From NCBI GenBank assembly GCA_018815245.1, contig JAHIXK010000014.1, positions 82,508 to 146,507 on the forward strand: 64,000 nucleotides of DNA, in the 5' to 3' direction. The position numbers and the translations under genes were made by a program. Source of the stretch: Gammaproteobacteria bacterium. Its GTDB lineage: Bacteria; Pseudomonadota; Gammaproteobacteria; Burkholderiales; Burkholderiaceae_B. Each line of letters starts with the position of its first letter. The first letter of the stretch is position 1. Shown piece after piece: positions 52,363 to 63,642 of this stretch. The notes below the pieces were generated by a model. It made no database searches and was not told the DNA's origin. It worked only from the letters and a program-made list of their open reading frames with translations.

Positions 52363-52559
52363 GCCTTTACATGGGCTGGGTAACCTGCATCGCTGATGAT
52401 TTTTGCCAGGCTGGCCGTTGGCAAGGTGCTTTCTACCTGCACCAGTTTCAGGGCCAGATCAATTTGTACTTGTGCTGTGGGGTCTTGCGCTTTCACCGCG
52501 CGTTCCACATTGGCGGAACAACCGCCGCACTTCATTTTTTCAACTGTGAGTTCAATCAT
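52359..52559 (-). CDS. copZ: CopZ-like copper chaperone (HMA domain)
   Basis: MKCGGC metal-binding motif; divergent from copA. Confidence 0.88.
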   Translation of the reverse strand: MIELTVEKMKCGGCSANVERAVKAQDPTAQVQIDLALKLVQVESTLPTASLAKIISDAGYPAHVKA

Positions 52560-52590
52560 TTTCGTACTCCGGTGGGTTGATCACAATTGT

Positions 52591-52621
52591 AGTTTGAAGC
52601 TTCCAATCATGGTAAGGTCAA
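52591..52621 (-). promoter_or_regulatory. CueR-type promoter for copZ
   Basis: -35 TTGACC, 19-bp spacer, -10 CAAACT; operator ACCTTACC-N5-TGGAAGCT. Confidence 0.8.
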
Positions 52622-52625
52622 GGGG

Positions 52626-52656
52626 TTGACTTTACCATGATGGGAAGGTTTACCCT
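52626..52656 (+). promoter_or_regulatory. CueR-type promoter for copA-cueR
   Basis: -35 TTGACT, 19-bp spacer, -10 TACCCT; operator ACTTTACC-N5-GGGAAGGT. Confidence 0.82.
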
Positions 52657-52682
52657 GTGCACACTGTTCAACGGAGATTACC

Positions 52683-54896
52683 ATGACCACCAACAACACA
52701 TTGAATTTGGCCGTAGGCGGGATGAGTTGTGCTTCCTGTTCTTCCACTGTGGAAAAAGCCTTGCTGAAAGTGAAGGGTGTAACACAGGCAACGGTGAATC
52801 TTGCCACTGAAAAAGCGCAAATTGATTTTGCTGCGCCGGCCACGCCCGAACAAATTGCCAGGGCGGTAGTAGATGCTGGTTATGACGCAGAAATTTTAAA
52901 TGCCAGTGGCGAAAAATCAAGCACAAGCAGCGCACCCGCCAGGGAAGGTTTTGGCGAGGGTGCTTTGGTGGCGATTGCAGCACTGCTTACCTTGCCCTTG
53001 GTGTTGCCCATGGTGGCCCTGCCGTTTGGTGAGCACTGGATGTTGCCGGGTTGGTTGCAACTGCTGCTGGCCACACCTGTGCAGTTCTGGCTGGGTGGGC
53101 GGTTTTATCGCGCTGGTTTGAAGGCTGTTCAAAACCGGACTGGCAATATGGACCTGCTGGTGGCAATTGGTACATCGGCGGCCTATGGTTTGTCGGTGTA
53201 TATGATGGATAAGGGCAATGGCCATTTGTATTTCGAGGCGTCCAGCGCCGTGATCACCCTGGTGATGCTGGGCAAGTGGCTTGAAGGCCGTGCCAAGCGC
53301 CAAACCACCGCAGCGATTGCTGCCTTGCAGGCCCTTCGGCCTGACACCGCGCGCGTGCGCCGCAACGGGGTGGACAAAACCATTGCCATGGCAGAAGTAC
53401 AGTTGAACGATGAGGTGGTGGTTCGCCCCGGTGAACGCATTCCTGTGGATGGCCTGGTACTGGAAGGCAGCAGCCATGTGGACGAAGCCTTGATTACCGG
53501 CGAAAGCGAACCTGTGGTGAAAGCGGTGGGCAACAAAGTAACCGGTGGGGCTGTGAACCTGGACGGTTTGTTGCTGGTGCAAACCAGTGCCGTGGGCACC
53601 GAAACCACCTTGGCACGAATTATTCGCCTGGTTGAAGATGCACAGGCCGCCAAGCCCGACATTCAAAAACTGGTGGACAAAGTTAGCGCGGTATTTGTAC
53701 CGGTGGTGTTGGTGATTGCCCTGTTCACACTGCTGGGTTGGGGCGTGTTGGGTGGTTCGCCTGGCACAGGCGGAAACCCGTGGGAACAGGCCATTTTGAA
53801 TGCGGTGGCAGTGTTGGTCATTGCCTGCCCTTGCGCCTTGGGTTTGGCCACACCAACGGCCATCATGGCGGGCACCGGTGTTGCGGCACGTCACGGTATT
53901 TTGATCAAGGATGCGCAAGCGCTCGAGTTGGCCCACAGCATTCAAACCGTGGTGTTCGACAAAACCGGCACGCTGACCGTGGGCAAACCCACGTTGATGC
54001 AGTTCGAGGCTGTACACGGCGAGCGCGGCAGCATGTTGACCAAGGCCGCCGCCGTGGAAGCTGGCAGCATGCACCCACTGGCCAGCGCGGTGAAAAACCG
54101 TGCGCAGCAAGACAAACTTGATGTGCCGCATGCCACCGATTTGCAAGATGTGGCGGGCAAGGGTTTGTCGGCCCAAGTGGGTGACACACGCGTGTATGTG
54201 GGCACGATTCGCTGGATGGAGGAATTGGGTGTTTCAGCCGCGACCATGCAGGAAGTGCTGGCCTCTGTGAATGCGAATGCAGCCACCCGTTCCTGGGTTG
54301 CGGAGCAAACCGACACGGGCATTCGTTTGCTGGGTGTGCTGGCCTTTGGTGATGAATTGAAACCCAGCGCACAAGGCGCCGTAAGTGCGCTGCACGGGTT
54401 GAAGGTGGACACGGTGCTGTTGACCGGCGACACGGCAGCGAGTGCGCAGCGCGTGGCTTCTGAACTGGGAATTGGCCACGTGATGGCGGAACAGTTGCCC
54501 GGTGACAAATCAAAAGCGATTCAGGCACTGCACGATTCAAAACGGGTGGTGGCCATGGTGGGTGATGGCATTAATGACGCACCGGCACTGGCCATGGCCG
54601 ACGTAAGTTTTGCCATGTCCACGGGCACTGATGTGGCCATGCACACAGCCGACGTGACCCTGATGCGTTCAGACCCCAGCCTGGTGGCGCAGACCATCGA
54701 CATTTCACGCCGCACCTACAACAAAATCAAACAGAACCTGTTTTGGGCGTTCATCTACAACGCCGTGGGTATTCCTTTGGCCGCCTTGGGTTATTTGAAC
54801 CCCGTGTTGGCGGGCATGGCCATGGCGCTTAGTTCGGTGAGCGTGGTCACCAATGCATTGATGTTGCGCAACTGGAAACCGAAAGTAGGGGCTTGA
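52683..54896 (+). CDS. copA: copper-translocating P1B-type ATPase
   Basis: MSCASC HMA, TGES, CPC, DKTGT, HP, GDGIND, YN and MALSS motifs. Confidence 0.95.
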   Translation: MTTNNTLNLAVGGMSCASCSSTVEKALLKVKGVTQATVNLATEKAQIDFAAPATPEQIARAVVDAGYDAEILNASGEKSSTSSAPAREGFGEGALVAIAALLTLPLVLPMVALPFGEHWMLPGWLQLLLATPVQFWLGGRFYRAGLKAVQNRTGNMDLLVAIGTSAAYGLSVYMMDKGNGHLYFEASSAVITLVMLGKWLEGRAKRQTTAAIAALQALRPDTARVRRNGVDKTIAMAEVQLNDEVVVRPGERIPVDGLVLEGSSHVDEALITGESEPVVKAVGNKVTGGAVNLDGLLLVQTSAVGTETTLARIIRLVEDAQAAKPDIQKLVDKVSAVFVPVVLVIALFTLLGWGVLGGSPGTGGNPWEQAILNAVAVLVIACPCALGLATPTAIMAGTGVAARHGILIKDAQALELAHSIQTVVFDKTGTLTVGKPTLMQFEAVHGERGSMLTKAAAVEAGSMHPLASAVKNRAQQDKLDVPHATDLQDVAGKGLSAQVGDTRVYVGTIRWMEELGVSAATMQEVLASVNANAATRSWVAEQTDTGIRLLGVLAFGDELKPSAQGAVSALHGLKVDTVLLTGDTAASAQRVASELGIGHVMAEQLPGDKSKAIQALHDSKRVVAMVGDGINDAPALAMADVSFAMSTGTDVAMHTADVTLMRSDPSLVAQTIDISRRTYNKIKQNLFWAFIYNAVGIPLAALGYLNPVLAGMAMALSSVSVVTNALMLRNWKPKVGA

Positions 54897-54897
54897 T

Positions 54898-55311
54898 ATG
54901 AATTTGCAAACCACTGACCATTATTTCACCATTGGCGATGCCGCGATGGAATCGGGTATTTCCAGCAAAATGATTCGCCATTACGAACAGGTGGGTTTGC
55001 TTGCGCAGGCAGTGCGCACCGACGCCGGTTACCGTTTGTACAACAGCCGCGATCTGCATGTGTTGCGCTTTATTCGGCATTCACGCGACCTGGGTTTTTC
55101 AATCAAACAGATTGAGGAGTTGTTGGCGCTGTGGCAGGACAGGGATAGACCCAGTCGCGAAGTAAAAAAACTGGCGCAGTCGCACCTGAGCGCACTGGAC
55201 ATGAAAATTCGGGAACTGAATGCCATGAAGGCCGAACTTGAACGCTTGGTGCAGTGTTGCAAAGGCGATTCCCGACCCGATTGCCCCATTCTGGATGGGT
55301 TGGCCAGTTAG
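54898..55311 (+). CDS. cueR: Cu(I)-responsive MerR-family regulator
   Basis: KMIRHYEQVGLL, GYRLY, LGFSIKQI, C-terminal CKGDSRPDCPI. Confidence 0.92.
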   Translation: MNLQTTDHYFTIGDAAMESGISSKMIRHYEQVGLLAQAVRTDAGYRLYNSRDLHVLRFIRHSRDLGFSIKQIEELLALWQDRDRPSREVKKLAQSHLSALDMKIRELNAMKAELERLVQCCKGDSRPDCPILDGLAS

Positions 55312-55911
55312 TCAGTTTTCCAGCATCTGCTTGATTACCGACCGCAGCACCCGCCCAACTTCATCGGCTTTCATGTTCGGGTCGCGAATGGCCCGAATTT
55401 GCAAACCATCAAACAGTGCCATCAGAATGGTGGTTTTTGCTGCCAGGCCAAGTTCACAGGAAGCCGGTTTCCCCCGCGGCTGAATGCCCTTGATGAGGTG
55501 AGCCACTTTGTCGCGAACAATGCTGTCAGTGGCTTGAACGGTCGCTGCTACTTTCGGATTGCGTGCTGCTTCGGCCAGAATTTCCGTGTCCAGTTCGCTT
55601 CGTTCAATGCGCCGCTGAACACCTTCGTCCACGGTGCCCAGCATAGCTTTCAGTATGTCTTTCTCACCTTGAATTTTTGCAATGCGTTCCAGTGCCTGAT
55701 CGAGATCGCGCTTGATCATGGCCTCGATAATCGCTTCCTTGCTTTCAAAATAATTGTAGATGTGCCCGGCGCTCATGCCAAAGGATTTTGCGATCTCCGA
55801 CATGCTGGCACCATGAAAACCGCTTTTTCGGAAGCACTCGGCTGCTGCATCCAGAATTTGCTGGCGACGCAGTTCTGCTTTACTGGTCATTGATTTGGTC
55901 TCCATGCCCAT
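55312..55911 (-). CDS. TetR family regulator at the end of the RND operon
   Basis: RRQQILDAAAECFRKSGFHGASMSEIAKSFGMSAGHIYNYFESK; start taken at ATG 55911 (alternatives 55905, 55890). Confidence 0.9.
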   Translation of the reverse strand: MGMETKSMTSKAELRRQQILDAAAECFRKSGFHGASMSEIAKSFGMSAGHIYNYFESKEAIIEAMIKRDLDQALERIAKIQGEKDILKAMLGTVDEGVQRRIERSELDTEILAEAARNPKVAATVQATDSIVRDKVAHLIKGIQPRGKPASCELGLAAKTTILMALFDGLQIRAIRDPNMKADEVGRVLRSVIKQMLEN

Positions 55912-55912
55912 G

Positions 55913-58900
55913 TCATTGCCTTTTTTTGCCGAACATTTGACTGACAACCACAAAGAAAAGTGGCACGAAGAAAATGCCCAGCACCGTGGCTGAAATGGTG
56001 CCGCCCAACACGCCCGTGCCAATCGCATTCTGGCTGCCAGAGCCGGCCCCGGTGGAAATGGCCAATGGCACCACGCCCAGGCCAAAGGCCAGCGAGGTCA
56101 TGAGAATGGGGCGCAAACGCATGCGCACCGCCTCCAGCGTGGATTCAACAAGGTCACGACCCTGTTCAACCTGCTCCTTGGCAAATTCCACGATCAGAAT
56201 CGCATTCTTGGCCGACAGGCCGACCGTGGTCAGCAAGGCCACCTGGAAGTACACATCGTTTGCCAAACCGCGACCAGTTGCCGCCAGCAGGGCACCTGCC
56301 ACACCCAGTGGCACGATCAGCATGACGGCAAACGGGATGGACCAACTTTCATACAACGCAGCCAAACACAGGAACACCACCAACAGCGACAGGGCATACA
56401 GCAAAGGTGCTTGTGAACCGGACTGGCGTTCCTCATACGACAGGCCTGTCCACTCGATGCCCAAACCTTCCGGCAAGTTCGCGGCAATGTCTTCCATCGC
56501 ATCCATGGCGTCGCCCGAGCTCATGCCCGGTGCAGCCTGACCCTGAATTTCAACCGCTGGCAAACCGTTGTACCGTTCAAGGCGCGGCGATCCCATGGAC
56601 CATTGGGCCGTTGCAAAATTGGAGAACGGCACCATTTCACGGTCGGCGTTGCGCACGTGCCAGCGATTCAAGTCGCCGGGCAGCATGCGGAACGGGGCGT
56701 CGGCCTGCATGTAAACCCGCTTCACCCGACCACGGTCAATGAAATCGTTGATGTAGCTGCCGCCCCATGCGGAAGTCAGCGTGTCGCTGATTTCTGCAAC
56801 ACTGACACCCAGCGCACCTGCCTTGGCATTGTCAATGTCCAGCTTGTATTCCGGGGTGTCAGCCTGTGCATTGGGCCTGACGCCTGCCAGCAACGGGTTT
56901 TTGGATGCTTCCCCGATCAGGTTGTTGCGTGCCTGCACAAGTGCATCGCGACCCAAACCTGTGCGGTCTTGAATGAACAGGTTAAAACCCAGTGCGTTGC
57001 CCAGTTCCCGAATGGCAGGTGGTGCGAAAGCAAAGGCCTGCGCCTCGGGCCAGCTGTTGAATTCTTTGGAGGCTCTTTGCACAATGCCTGCGGCAGAATT
57101 TTCTTTGCCCTGGCGTTCGCTCCAGTCGCGCAAACGAACAAAACCGATGCCAGAATTCTGGCCAGTGCCAGAGAAGCTGAAACCTGCCACTGTGAAAAGC
57201 GACTTCACATTGTCGCCTTCCTGATTCAGGAAGTAGTCTTCCATCTTGGCCAACACTGCCAAGGTTTGCTGTTGCGTGGCGCCCGCTGGCAATTGAACCT
57301 GGGTGAAGAACACGCCTTGGTCTTCATCGGGCAGGAAAGAGGTTGGCAAGCGCGTGAACATGAACGCTGTAATGGCCAGCAGGCCACCGTAAATGATCAG
57401 GTAGCGGCCCGATTTGTGCAACATGCGGCCCACCATGCCCTGGTAGCGGGCGTTGCTGGAATCAAACTTGCGGTTGAACCAGCCAAAGAAGCCCCTTTGT
57501 TCAAGCATGTGGCCTTTCTCAATTGGCTTGAGCATGGTGGCGCACAGGGCTGGTGTAAGCACCAGGGCAACCAGCACCGACAAAGCCATGGCCGACACAA
57601 TGGTGATTGAAAACTGCTTGTAAATTACCCCTGCGGACCCCGGGAAAAATGCCATTGGCACAAACACGGCCGACAGTACAAGGCCGATGCCCACCAGCGC
57701 CCCGGTAATTTGATCCATCGATTTTCGCGTGGCTTCCAGCGGGGGTAGCCCTTCCTCGGACATCACGCGTTCCACGTTTTCAACCACCACAATCGCGTCG
57801 TCCACCAGCAAACCAATGGCCAGCACCATGGCAAACATGGTGAGCGTGTTGATGGAAAAACCAAAGATTGAAAGCACCGCGAATGTGCCCAACAACACCA
57901 CGGGCACGGCAATGGTTGGGATCAGCGTAGCCCGGAAGTTTTGCAGGAACAGGTACATCACGAGAAACACCAGGATGATGGCCTCGATCAGGGTAATGAC
58001 AACGCCCTCGATCGATATTTTTACAAAGGGGGTGGTGTCGTAGGCCACATCCCATTCCATGCCTTCCGGGATCAGGGGCGTGATGCGCTCCATTTCGGCG
58101 ACCACAGCCTCTGCGGTGTCCAGCGCATTCGCGCCCGAGGCCAGGCGAATACCAATGCCAGATGCGTTTCGGCCGTTCCAGCGCGGCAGAATGTTGTAAT
58201 TCTCGCTGCCATAGTCAATGCGTGCCACGTCTTTCAAGCGGACAGTGCCGCCGTCGGGGCCCGTGCGCAGAATGATCTGCTCGAAGTCTTTCGGTGTTTC
58301 CAGCAAGGTTTGCGCAGTGATGGTGGCGGTTAGCGATTGCCCCTTCACGGCGGGTGCCGCACCCAGTTCACCTGCGGACACCTGGGCGTTTTGGGCGTTG
58401 ACAGCCGAACGAATGTCGCCAGCGCTTACATTGAATTGATTCATTTTGTCCGGGTTCAGCCAGATGCGCATGGCATAAGGGCTGCCGAACACTTGCACTT
58501 CACCCACGCCACTGACGCGGCTCATGGAGTCCTGTACGTTGGAGGTGATGAAGTCGGCCAATTCTGTCGACGTGAACGCGCCGTCCACTGCCGTGAATGC
58601 AATGACCAGCAAATAACCGGCCGCACTTTTTGTCACTTGAATACCCTGGCGCTGCACCGCGTTGGGCAGCAACGGCGTGGCCAAGCTTAGCTTGTTTTGT
58701 ACCTGCACCTGTGCAATGTCTGGGTTGATGCCTGGCTCGAAGGTCAGCTCAAGGCGCAAGCGCCCGGTGGAGTCGCTGGTGGACTTCATGTAGCGCAGAC
58801 CATCCAGCCCGGTCATGCGCTGCTCGATCACCTGTGTTACTGAATCTTGCAGGGTTTCAGCCGATGCACCAGGGTAGGTGGCTTGAATGGTCACCGCTGG

Positions 58901-59020
58901 CGGCGCAATGGCGGGGTATTGCGCCACGGGCAGGTTGAAAATGGCAAGCGCACCGGCCAGCATGATCACAATGGCGATCACCCACGCAAAAATGGGGCGG
59001 TCAATGAAGAATCTGGACAT
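55913..59020 (-). CDS. acrB: HAE1 RND efflux permease (AcrB/MexB-like)
   Basis: [52 protein letters not shown]. Confidence 0.93.
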   Translation of the reverse strand: MSRFFIDRPIFAWVIAIVIMLAGALAIFNLPVAQYPAIAPPAVTIQATYPGASAETLQDSVTQVIEQRMTGLDGLRYMKSTSDSTGRLRLELTFEPGINPDIAQVQVQNKLSLATPLLPNAVQRQGIQVTKSAAGYLLVIAFTAVDGAFTSTELADFITSNVQDSMSRVSGVGEVQVFGSPYAMRIWLNPDKMNQFNVSAGDIRSAVNAQNAQVSAGELGAAPAVKGQSLTATITAQTLLETPKDFEQIILRTGPDGGTVRLKDVARIDYGSENYNILPRWNGRNASGIGIRLASGANALDTAEAVVAEMERITPLIPEGMEWDVAYDTTPFVKISIEGVVITLIEAIILVFLVMYLFLQNFRATLIPTIAVPVVLLGTFAVLSIFGFSINTLTMFAMVLAIGLLVDDAIVVVENVERVMSEEGLPPLEATRKSMDQITGALVGIGLVLSAVFVPMAFFPGSAGVIYKQFSITIVSAMALSVLVALVLTPALCATMLKPIEKGHMLEQRGFFGWFNRKFDSSNARYQGMVGRMLHKSGRYLIIYGGLLAITAFMFTRLPTSFLPDEDQGVFFTQVQLPAGATQQQTLAVLAKMEDYFLNQEGDNVKSLFTVAGFSFSGTGQNSGIGFVRLRDWSERQGKENSAAGIVQRASKEFNSWPEAQAFAFAPPAIRELGNALGFNLFIQDRTGLGRDALVQARNNLIGEASKNPLLAGVRPNAQADTPEYKLDIDNAKAGALGVSVAEISDTLTSAWGGSYINDFIDRGRVKRVYMQADAPFRMLPGDLNRWHVRNADREMVPFSNFATAQWSMGSPRLERYNGLPAVEIQGQAAPGMSSGDAMDAMEDIAANLPEGLGIEWTGLSYEERQSGSQAPLLYALSLLVVFLCLAALYESWSIPFAVMLIVPLGVAGALLAATGRGLANDVYFQVALLTTVGLSAKNAILIVEFAKEQVEQGRDLVESTLEAVRMRLRPILMTSLAFGLGVVPLAISTGAGSGSQNAIGTGVLGGTISATVLGIFFVPLFFVVVSQMFGKKRQ

Positions 59021-59044
59021 CGTACTACTCCTGCTGGGCCGTGT

Positions 59045-60205
59045 TTATTGCTTCTCGGTGTCGGAAACGATTTCGGCTGTTTGGCCGGGGCGAACTTTCT
59101 GCACGCCTTCAACAATCACGCGGTCACCTGTTTGAAGGCCTTCGGCAATCAACCATTGGTCGCCGATTGCACGGGCAGTTTTAACACTGCGCTTTTCGAC
59201 TTTGTTGTCGCTGTTCAGCACGAGTGCAGAAGGCTCGCCGGTGGCATCGCGCATGATGCCCTTTTGTGGCACCAGAATGCCGTTTTCCCGCACGCCTTCT
59301 TCAAGCGATGCGCGCACGTACATGCCGGGCAACAGTTGTTGTTTCGGGTTTGGAAACACGGCGCGCAAGGTGACCGTGCCGGTGTTTTGATCCACGGTAA
59401 CGTCGCTGAACTGCAGCTTGCCCTCCTGTTCGTAGTCCGATCCATCTTCCAGTTTCAGGGTTACTTTGGCGGCGTTTTTGCCCGCGCTTTTCAGCACACC
59501 GCTTTCAAGATCGCGTTTCAATTGCAGTAATTCACTGGTGGATTGCGTCAGGTCCACATAAATGGGGTCAAGCTGCTGAATGGTGGCCATGGCGTTGGCT
59601 TGACCCTGTTGAACCAGTGCACCGGGGGTGACGCTGGACCGGCCGATCCGGCCGCTGATTGGTGCGGTAACCCGGGTGTAGGTCAGGTTGATTTGTGCGC
59701 TTTGAAGGGCGGCTTTTCCAGAAGCGACATCCGCCTCTGCCAACTTCAGTGCTGCGTAGGCATCGTCGCGTTCCTGTTGGCTGACAGCATTCATTTTTGC
59801 CAGTTCCTGAAAACGGTCGTTGCGAATTGTGGCGCTGGTCAGGTTGGCCTGTGCTTTTTCAAGCGCCGCCTTGGCGCTGGCGTATTCAGCCTGATAAGTG
59901 GATGCATCAATTTGGTACAGCGATGTACCCGCTTTCACGTCGCCACCTTCCTTGAACTGGCGGGTTTTGATGATGCCATTGACCTGGGGGCGCACCTCTG
60001 CAATCAGGAAAGGGCTGGTTCGACCCGGCAGTTCGGTGTACAGCGAAACAGGCTTGGCTTGAACTTCAAACACGCGAACTTTGGGTGCACTGGGTGTTGC
60101 TGCTGCCTTTGCATCGCCGTCCCGGTTGCCGCAACCGGCCAGGGTCAGGGTGCCAACGGTCAGCAAGGCGCCAATGTTGAACGCCATTTTTCTTCGGAAA
60201 ATCAT
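59045..60205 (-). CDS. acrA: RND efflux periplasmic adaptor (AcrA/MexA-like lipoprotein)
   Basis: LAGC lipobox, ELPGRT...AEVRPQVNGI, APISGRIG, TVTLRAVFPNP. Confidence 0.92.
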   Translation of the reverse strand: MIFRRKMAFNIGALLTVGTLTLAGCGNRDGDAKAAATPSAPKVRVFEVQAKPVSLYTELPGRTSPFLIAEVRPQVNGIIKTRQFKEGGDVKAGTSLYQIDASTYQAEYASAKAALEKAQANLTSATIRNDRFQELAKMNAVSQQERDDAYAALKLAEADVASGKAALQSAQINLTYTRVTAPISGRIGRSSVTPGALVQQGQANAMATIQQLDPIYVDLTQSTSELLQLKRDLESGVLKSAGKNAAKVTLKLEDGSDYEQEGKLQFSDVTVDQNTGTVTLRAVFPNPKQQLLPGMYVRASLEEGVRENGILVPQKGIMRDATGEPSALVLNSDNKVEKRSVKTARAIGDQWLIAEGLQTGDRVIVEGVQKVRPGQTAEIVSDTEKQ

Positions 60206-60288
60206 GGTACTACCCCAAAATTGATTGATGCGGGAACAGCGATAAATCGCGCGATGGGCGCAAGGAACAAATTATAGACAAAAATTCT

Positions 60289-60304
60289 GAATGAACGTTC
60301 ATAC
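60289..60304. promoter_or_regulatory. candidate TetR operator upstream of acrA
   Basis: GAATGAACGTTCATAC containing the perfect 12-bp palindrome ATGAACGTTCAT. Confidence 0.6.
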
Positions 60305-60388
60305 TTTTTCGTGACCGGAATGAAATTTGCTGTGAATCAAACTTCAGGTGATGATGAATCACCATTTTCAATTTCCGGGAGCTATGTT

Positions 60389-61693
60389 TTGGATCTTTCG
60401 TCAGTCTTGATCGTGGGTGGTGGTGCAGGCGGGCTCGAGCTGGCCTGCAAGTTGGGCCGCAAGTTTGGCCCTGATCGCATTACCCTTGTAGATTCAAAGA
60501 TGTACCACATCTGGAAACCTTCACTGCATGAAGTGGCGGCAGGCACGCTGGATATTCATCAGGAAGGGCTTTCTTACCCGATGCTGGCCCACAACAATGG
60601 TTTCAATTTTGTGCTGGGTGCGATGGAGGGTTTGGACGCGGCGGGCAAGATGGTCGCCATTGCTGCTGTGTTGGACGATACCGGTGACGAAGTGCTGCCC
60701 AAGCGTCTGTTGCAGTTTGGAACGCTTGTGATTTCCGTCGGTAGCCAGTCCAATTACTTTGGCGTGAAGGGCGCACAGGAGTTCACCATTTCCCTGGATG
60801 GCCCGCAACAGGCCGAGAATTTTCGCCTGAAAATGCTCAAGCAACTGGCCACGCTTGACCTGCGCAAGAAAGATGATCCCACAGCCAGCCTGGACATTGT
60901 GATTATTGGTGCCGGTGCCACCGGGGTGGAACTGGCTGCTGAACTGCGCGAGGCCAGCCATGTGCACAGCCGCTACGGGTTCAGCCGGATCAATGCCTCC
61001 GAGGATGTGACCATCACGATCCTTGAAGGCGCACCCAGCATTTTGCCGGTGTTGCCAGAAAGTGTGTCTGGCGCGGCCTTGCGTTTGCTGGAGCAGCGCT
61101 TCATCAAAGTGGTGAACAATTGCAGGGTGATTGAAATTTCGCCCAAACAGGTGCTAGATGCCAGTGGCAACCAGTACAAAGCGGATTTGTGCGTGTGGGC
61201 GGCTGGTATCAAGGCACCCGCATGGCTTGCTGAACTGGGGCTGCCGGTGAACAAAAACAATCAACTGGAAGTGCAGGGCGACCTTCGGGTGAAAGGGCAT
61301 GCAGATATTTTTTCGCTGGGCGATTGTGCTGCATGCATGCAAGCTGATGGCAGCATGGTGCCGCCACGCGCGCAATCGGCACATCAGCAGGCCGATTACA
61401 TTTACAAGGCCATGTTGAATCATGAGCGCGGCAAAGTGAGCCTGGACAAACCTTATCTGTACAGAGACCACGGTTCTTTGGTGTCTTTGGGCTCGCGCAG
61501 TTCAGTGGGCAGTTTGATGGGCGGCCTGTTCAAGGCCAGCAGCATGTTCGTAGAAGGTTTTTTCGCGCGAACCATGTACGCCAGTTTGCACCTGATGCAC
61601 CACTATGCCGTGTTAGGGGGAATGAAAACCGTCCTGCTGGCCGTAGCGCGGTTCCTGTTGAAACGTGCCACGCCTTTGGTGAAACTGCACTGA
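60389..61693 (+). CDS. ndh: type II NADH dehydrogenase (NDH-2)
   Basis: IVGGGAGG and IIGAGATGVELAAEL dinucleotide motifs, VWAAGI, GDCA, PRAQSAHQQA; TTG at 60389 after GGAG (track start 60311). Confidence 0.88.
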   Translation: MDLSSVLIVGGGAGGLELACKLGRKFGPDRITLVDSKMYHIWKPSLHEVAAGTLDIHQEGLSYPMLAHNNGFNFVLGAMEGLDAAGKMVAIAAVLDDTGDEVLPKRLLQFGTLVISVGSQSNYFGVKGAQEFTISLDGPQQAENFRLKMLKQLATLDLRKKDDPTASLDIVIIGAGATGVELAAELREASHVHSRYGFSRINASEDVTITILEGAPSILPVLPESVSGAALRLLEQRFIKVVNNCRVIEISPKQVLDASGNQYKADLCVWAAGIKAPAWLAELGLPVNKNNQLEVQGDLRVKGHADIFSLGDCAACMQADGSMVPPRAQSAHQQADYIYKAMLNHERGKVSLDKPYLYRDHGSLVSLGSRSSVGSLMGGLFKASSMFVEGFFARTMYASLHLMHHYAVLGGMKTVLLAVARFLLKRATPLVKLH

Positions 61694-61700
61694 AACCGGG

Positions 61701-62432
61701 TTAGTTCGATCGCAGGTCGTCTACCGCAAGCTGGCCGAACCCCGGGGCCAGCAGGTAGTTGACCAAGTGCTCGCCTGTGTGTTGCGGGTTGGTCAGTGCG
61801 CCCTCATTGTTCAGCTCTATGAATCGCTGCTTGTTGGGAAAAAGATTCACGTCTGTTTCCCGGATTTGCGCTTGCATCCCGGTGTCGATCACGCCGGGGG
61901 CAAGGCTGCAAATGCGCACATTTGGCTGCCCATCCAGTTTCACGGTTTGTGCATGTATGTCCAGGGCGGCTTTGGTGGCGCCATACACGCTCCAGCCCGG
62001 ATAAGGCCTGCGGCCTGCGCCGCTCGACACATGCAGCACGCGCAGTTCCTGCCCGTTTTTCAGTATGTGGGTCACCTTTGCGCTCAGCACCATGGGCGCT
62101 GTCACATTCAGTTGCACGCTGCGGGCAATTTCAACCGGGTCTTGCGCATGCAATGGACCAATTGGCGTAACCAGCCCCGCGTTGTTGATTAACAGTAAAA
62201 GTGTTGCGTTTTCAATGAATTCTTGCAGCTGCGTGCCGTTTGCCCAGTGTTCAAGTGCACTGATTTCAGACAAATCAATGGCGACCTGCTGCAAAAGAGG
62301 CGGGAATTCATGTTGAAGTTCGTCGTTGATGCTTCTTGAAAGCCCCAGAACCGGGTGACCTTTGCACAACAAACTTCTCGCAATTCCTAGGCCCAACCCT
62401 TTGCTGTGTCCGGTCAGAATGGCTTTGATCAT
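61701..62432 (-). CDS. short-chain dehydrogenase/reductase (YueD/sepiapterin-reductase-like)
   Basis: TGHSKGLG, INNAG, VSSGAG, YGATK, APGVIDTGMQ; ATGA overlap with the upstream gene. Confidence 0.88.
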   Translation of the reverse strand: MIKAILTGHSKGLGLGIARSLLCKGHPVLGLSRSINDELQHEFPPLLQQVAIDLSEISALEHWANGTQLQEFIENATLLLLINNAGLVTPIGPLHAQDPVEIARSVQLNVTAPMVLSAKVTHILKNGQELRVLHVSSGAGRRPYPGWSVYGATKAALDIHAQTVKLDGQPNVRICSLAPGVIDTGMQAQIRETDVNLFPNKQRFIELNNEGALTNPQHTGEHLVNYLLAPGFGQLAVDDLRSN

Positions 62433-62689
62433 TGTTGATTCAATTTCAGGTAAAGAATGGATGAGGCCAGCGCCAATGTAATTGCGTTGGCAAACACCAC
62501 TGGCCATTGCTCAACCAGCAGGCCGTATATTAGCCACAACAACACACCCAGGCAGAAACACGCGTACATGCCCAAAGAAATGCTTCGGGTGTCGCGTGTT
62601 TTCCAGCAATAAACCACCTGTGGAACAAACGAAAAAGTGGTCAATACGGCGGCCAAAAAGCCCAGCGCCTGGGCCCAATCAAGATGCAT
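62429..62689 (-). CDS. SemiSWEET/PQ-loop sugar transporter family protein
   Basis: 86 aa, 3 TM, LTTFSFVPQV PQ motif, SISLGMY, WLIYG, ANAITL. Confidence 0.88.
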   Translation of the reverse strand: MHLDWAQALGFLAAVLTTFSFVPQVVYCWKTRDTRSISLGMYACFCLGVLLWLIYGLLVEQWPVVFANAITLALASSILYLKLNQQ

Positions 62690-63642
62690 TAATCCGCCTG
62701 AATTTTTTGTGCCGTTTCTTTGTACGAGGCCACCCGGTTTCCGCCAATTGCGATGGCTTTGTTGATTGCCGCCCTGGCTTCGCTTTTTCGCTCAAGCTTG
62801 ATCAAGGCCTCTGCCAGATTGTTCCAGGCATCGGCCATGTCGGGATAAACGCCCACTGCCTTGCGGTAATTTTGTTCGGCTTCAACGTAGTTTTTTTCGC
62901 CGTAAGCCAAATTGCCCAAGCCAAAATGAAACCAGGGTTCTTTCGGCCAGGTTTTTGCACCTTGCTGGTAGGCAAGTGCGGCTTTTTCCTTGCTTGAGCG
63001 CTCTAGCGCCACAGCGGAATTCAGATAACCCTGGGCATTGGTGTAAATCGGCGGATCTTCGCTGGGTTTAATGACCGTGAACCCCCAATTTTGTGCACGT
63101 TCCCACAATTTCAGGAATGTGGCCACAGGGATCAGATCACGCTCTGTCGGGCCTGAACGCATAATCATGTTGTTGGTTTTTGCATCGTAACCAACCACCA
63201 CGGCATAGTGCCATTGCGGTGCAATCTGCAATGAGAGATTCAACAGCACCACCACGGGCGAACCCGCATTCAATGCATCAAACAACGCAGGCAATCGCGG
63301 GTCGATCTGGTAGGTCAAATAACCCATGCGACGCGGTGCAGCAAGCATTTCCAGCTGCAGGCTACCTTGGCGGCCGGGCAAATACACCAGCTTTGCAAGT
63401 TCATCGGGTTTGGTGCTTTCGCCCTGGTGGTTCAACACCATGGCCAAAGTGGACGGACCGCAGTAATACTCTTCCTGTGCAAAAAATGGCACATTCTTCA
63501 GTTCTACGGTTGCTTGGGTCTGGACTGTACTTTGAAGGTCTTGCGGGACTGTTGGCAGCAGTGAACAGCCTGCCAACAGCCCTACAAGCACAGCTGAACC
63601 CGCCAGGCGGGTCCAGGCAGTACTAGAAAAATTTAATTTCAT
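62689..63642 (-). CDS. PA2778-family C39-like cysteine peptidase with TPR tail, lipoprotein
   Basis: LAGC lipobox, VPFFAQEEYYCGPSTLAMVL (Q-x4-C), WHYAVVVGYD (His/Asp), C-terminal TPR repeats. Confidence 0.85.
   Translation of the reverse strand: MKLNFSSTAWTRLAGSAVLVGLLAGCSLLPTVPQDLQSTVQTQATVELKNVPFFAQEEYYCGPSTLAMVLNHQGESTKPDELAKLVYLPGRQGSLQLEMLAAPRRMGYLTYQIDPRLPALFDALNAGSPVVVLLNLSLQIAPQWHYAVVVGYDAKTNNMIMRSGPTERDLIPVATFLKLWERAQNWGFTVIKPSEDPPIYTNAQGYLNSAVALERSSKEKAALAYQQGAKTWPKEPWFHFGLGNLAYGEKNYVEAEQNYRKAVGVYPDMADAWNNLAEALIKLERKSEARAAINKAIAIGGNRVASYKETAQKIQAD

Noticed and set aside
52917-54176. Long antisense ORFs (e.g. 419 aa opposite copA; also 8637-9533, 17183-17920, 20203-21006, 48580-49434, 56603-57610)
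   Set aside because: They lie wholly opposite well-supported genes, show no recognisable motifs, and are the usual shadow frames of biased codon usage.
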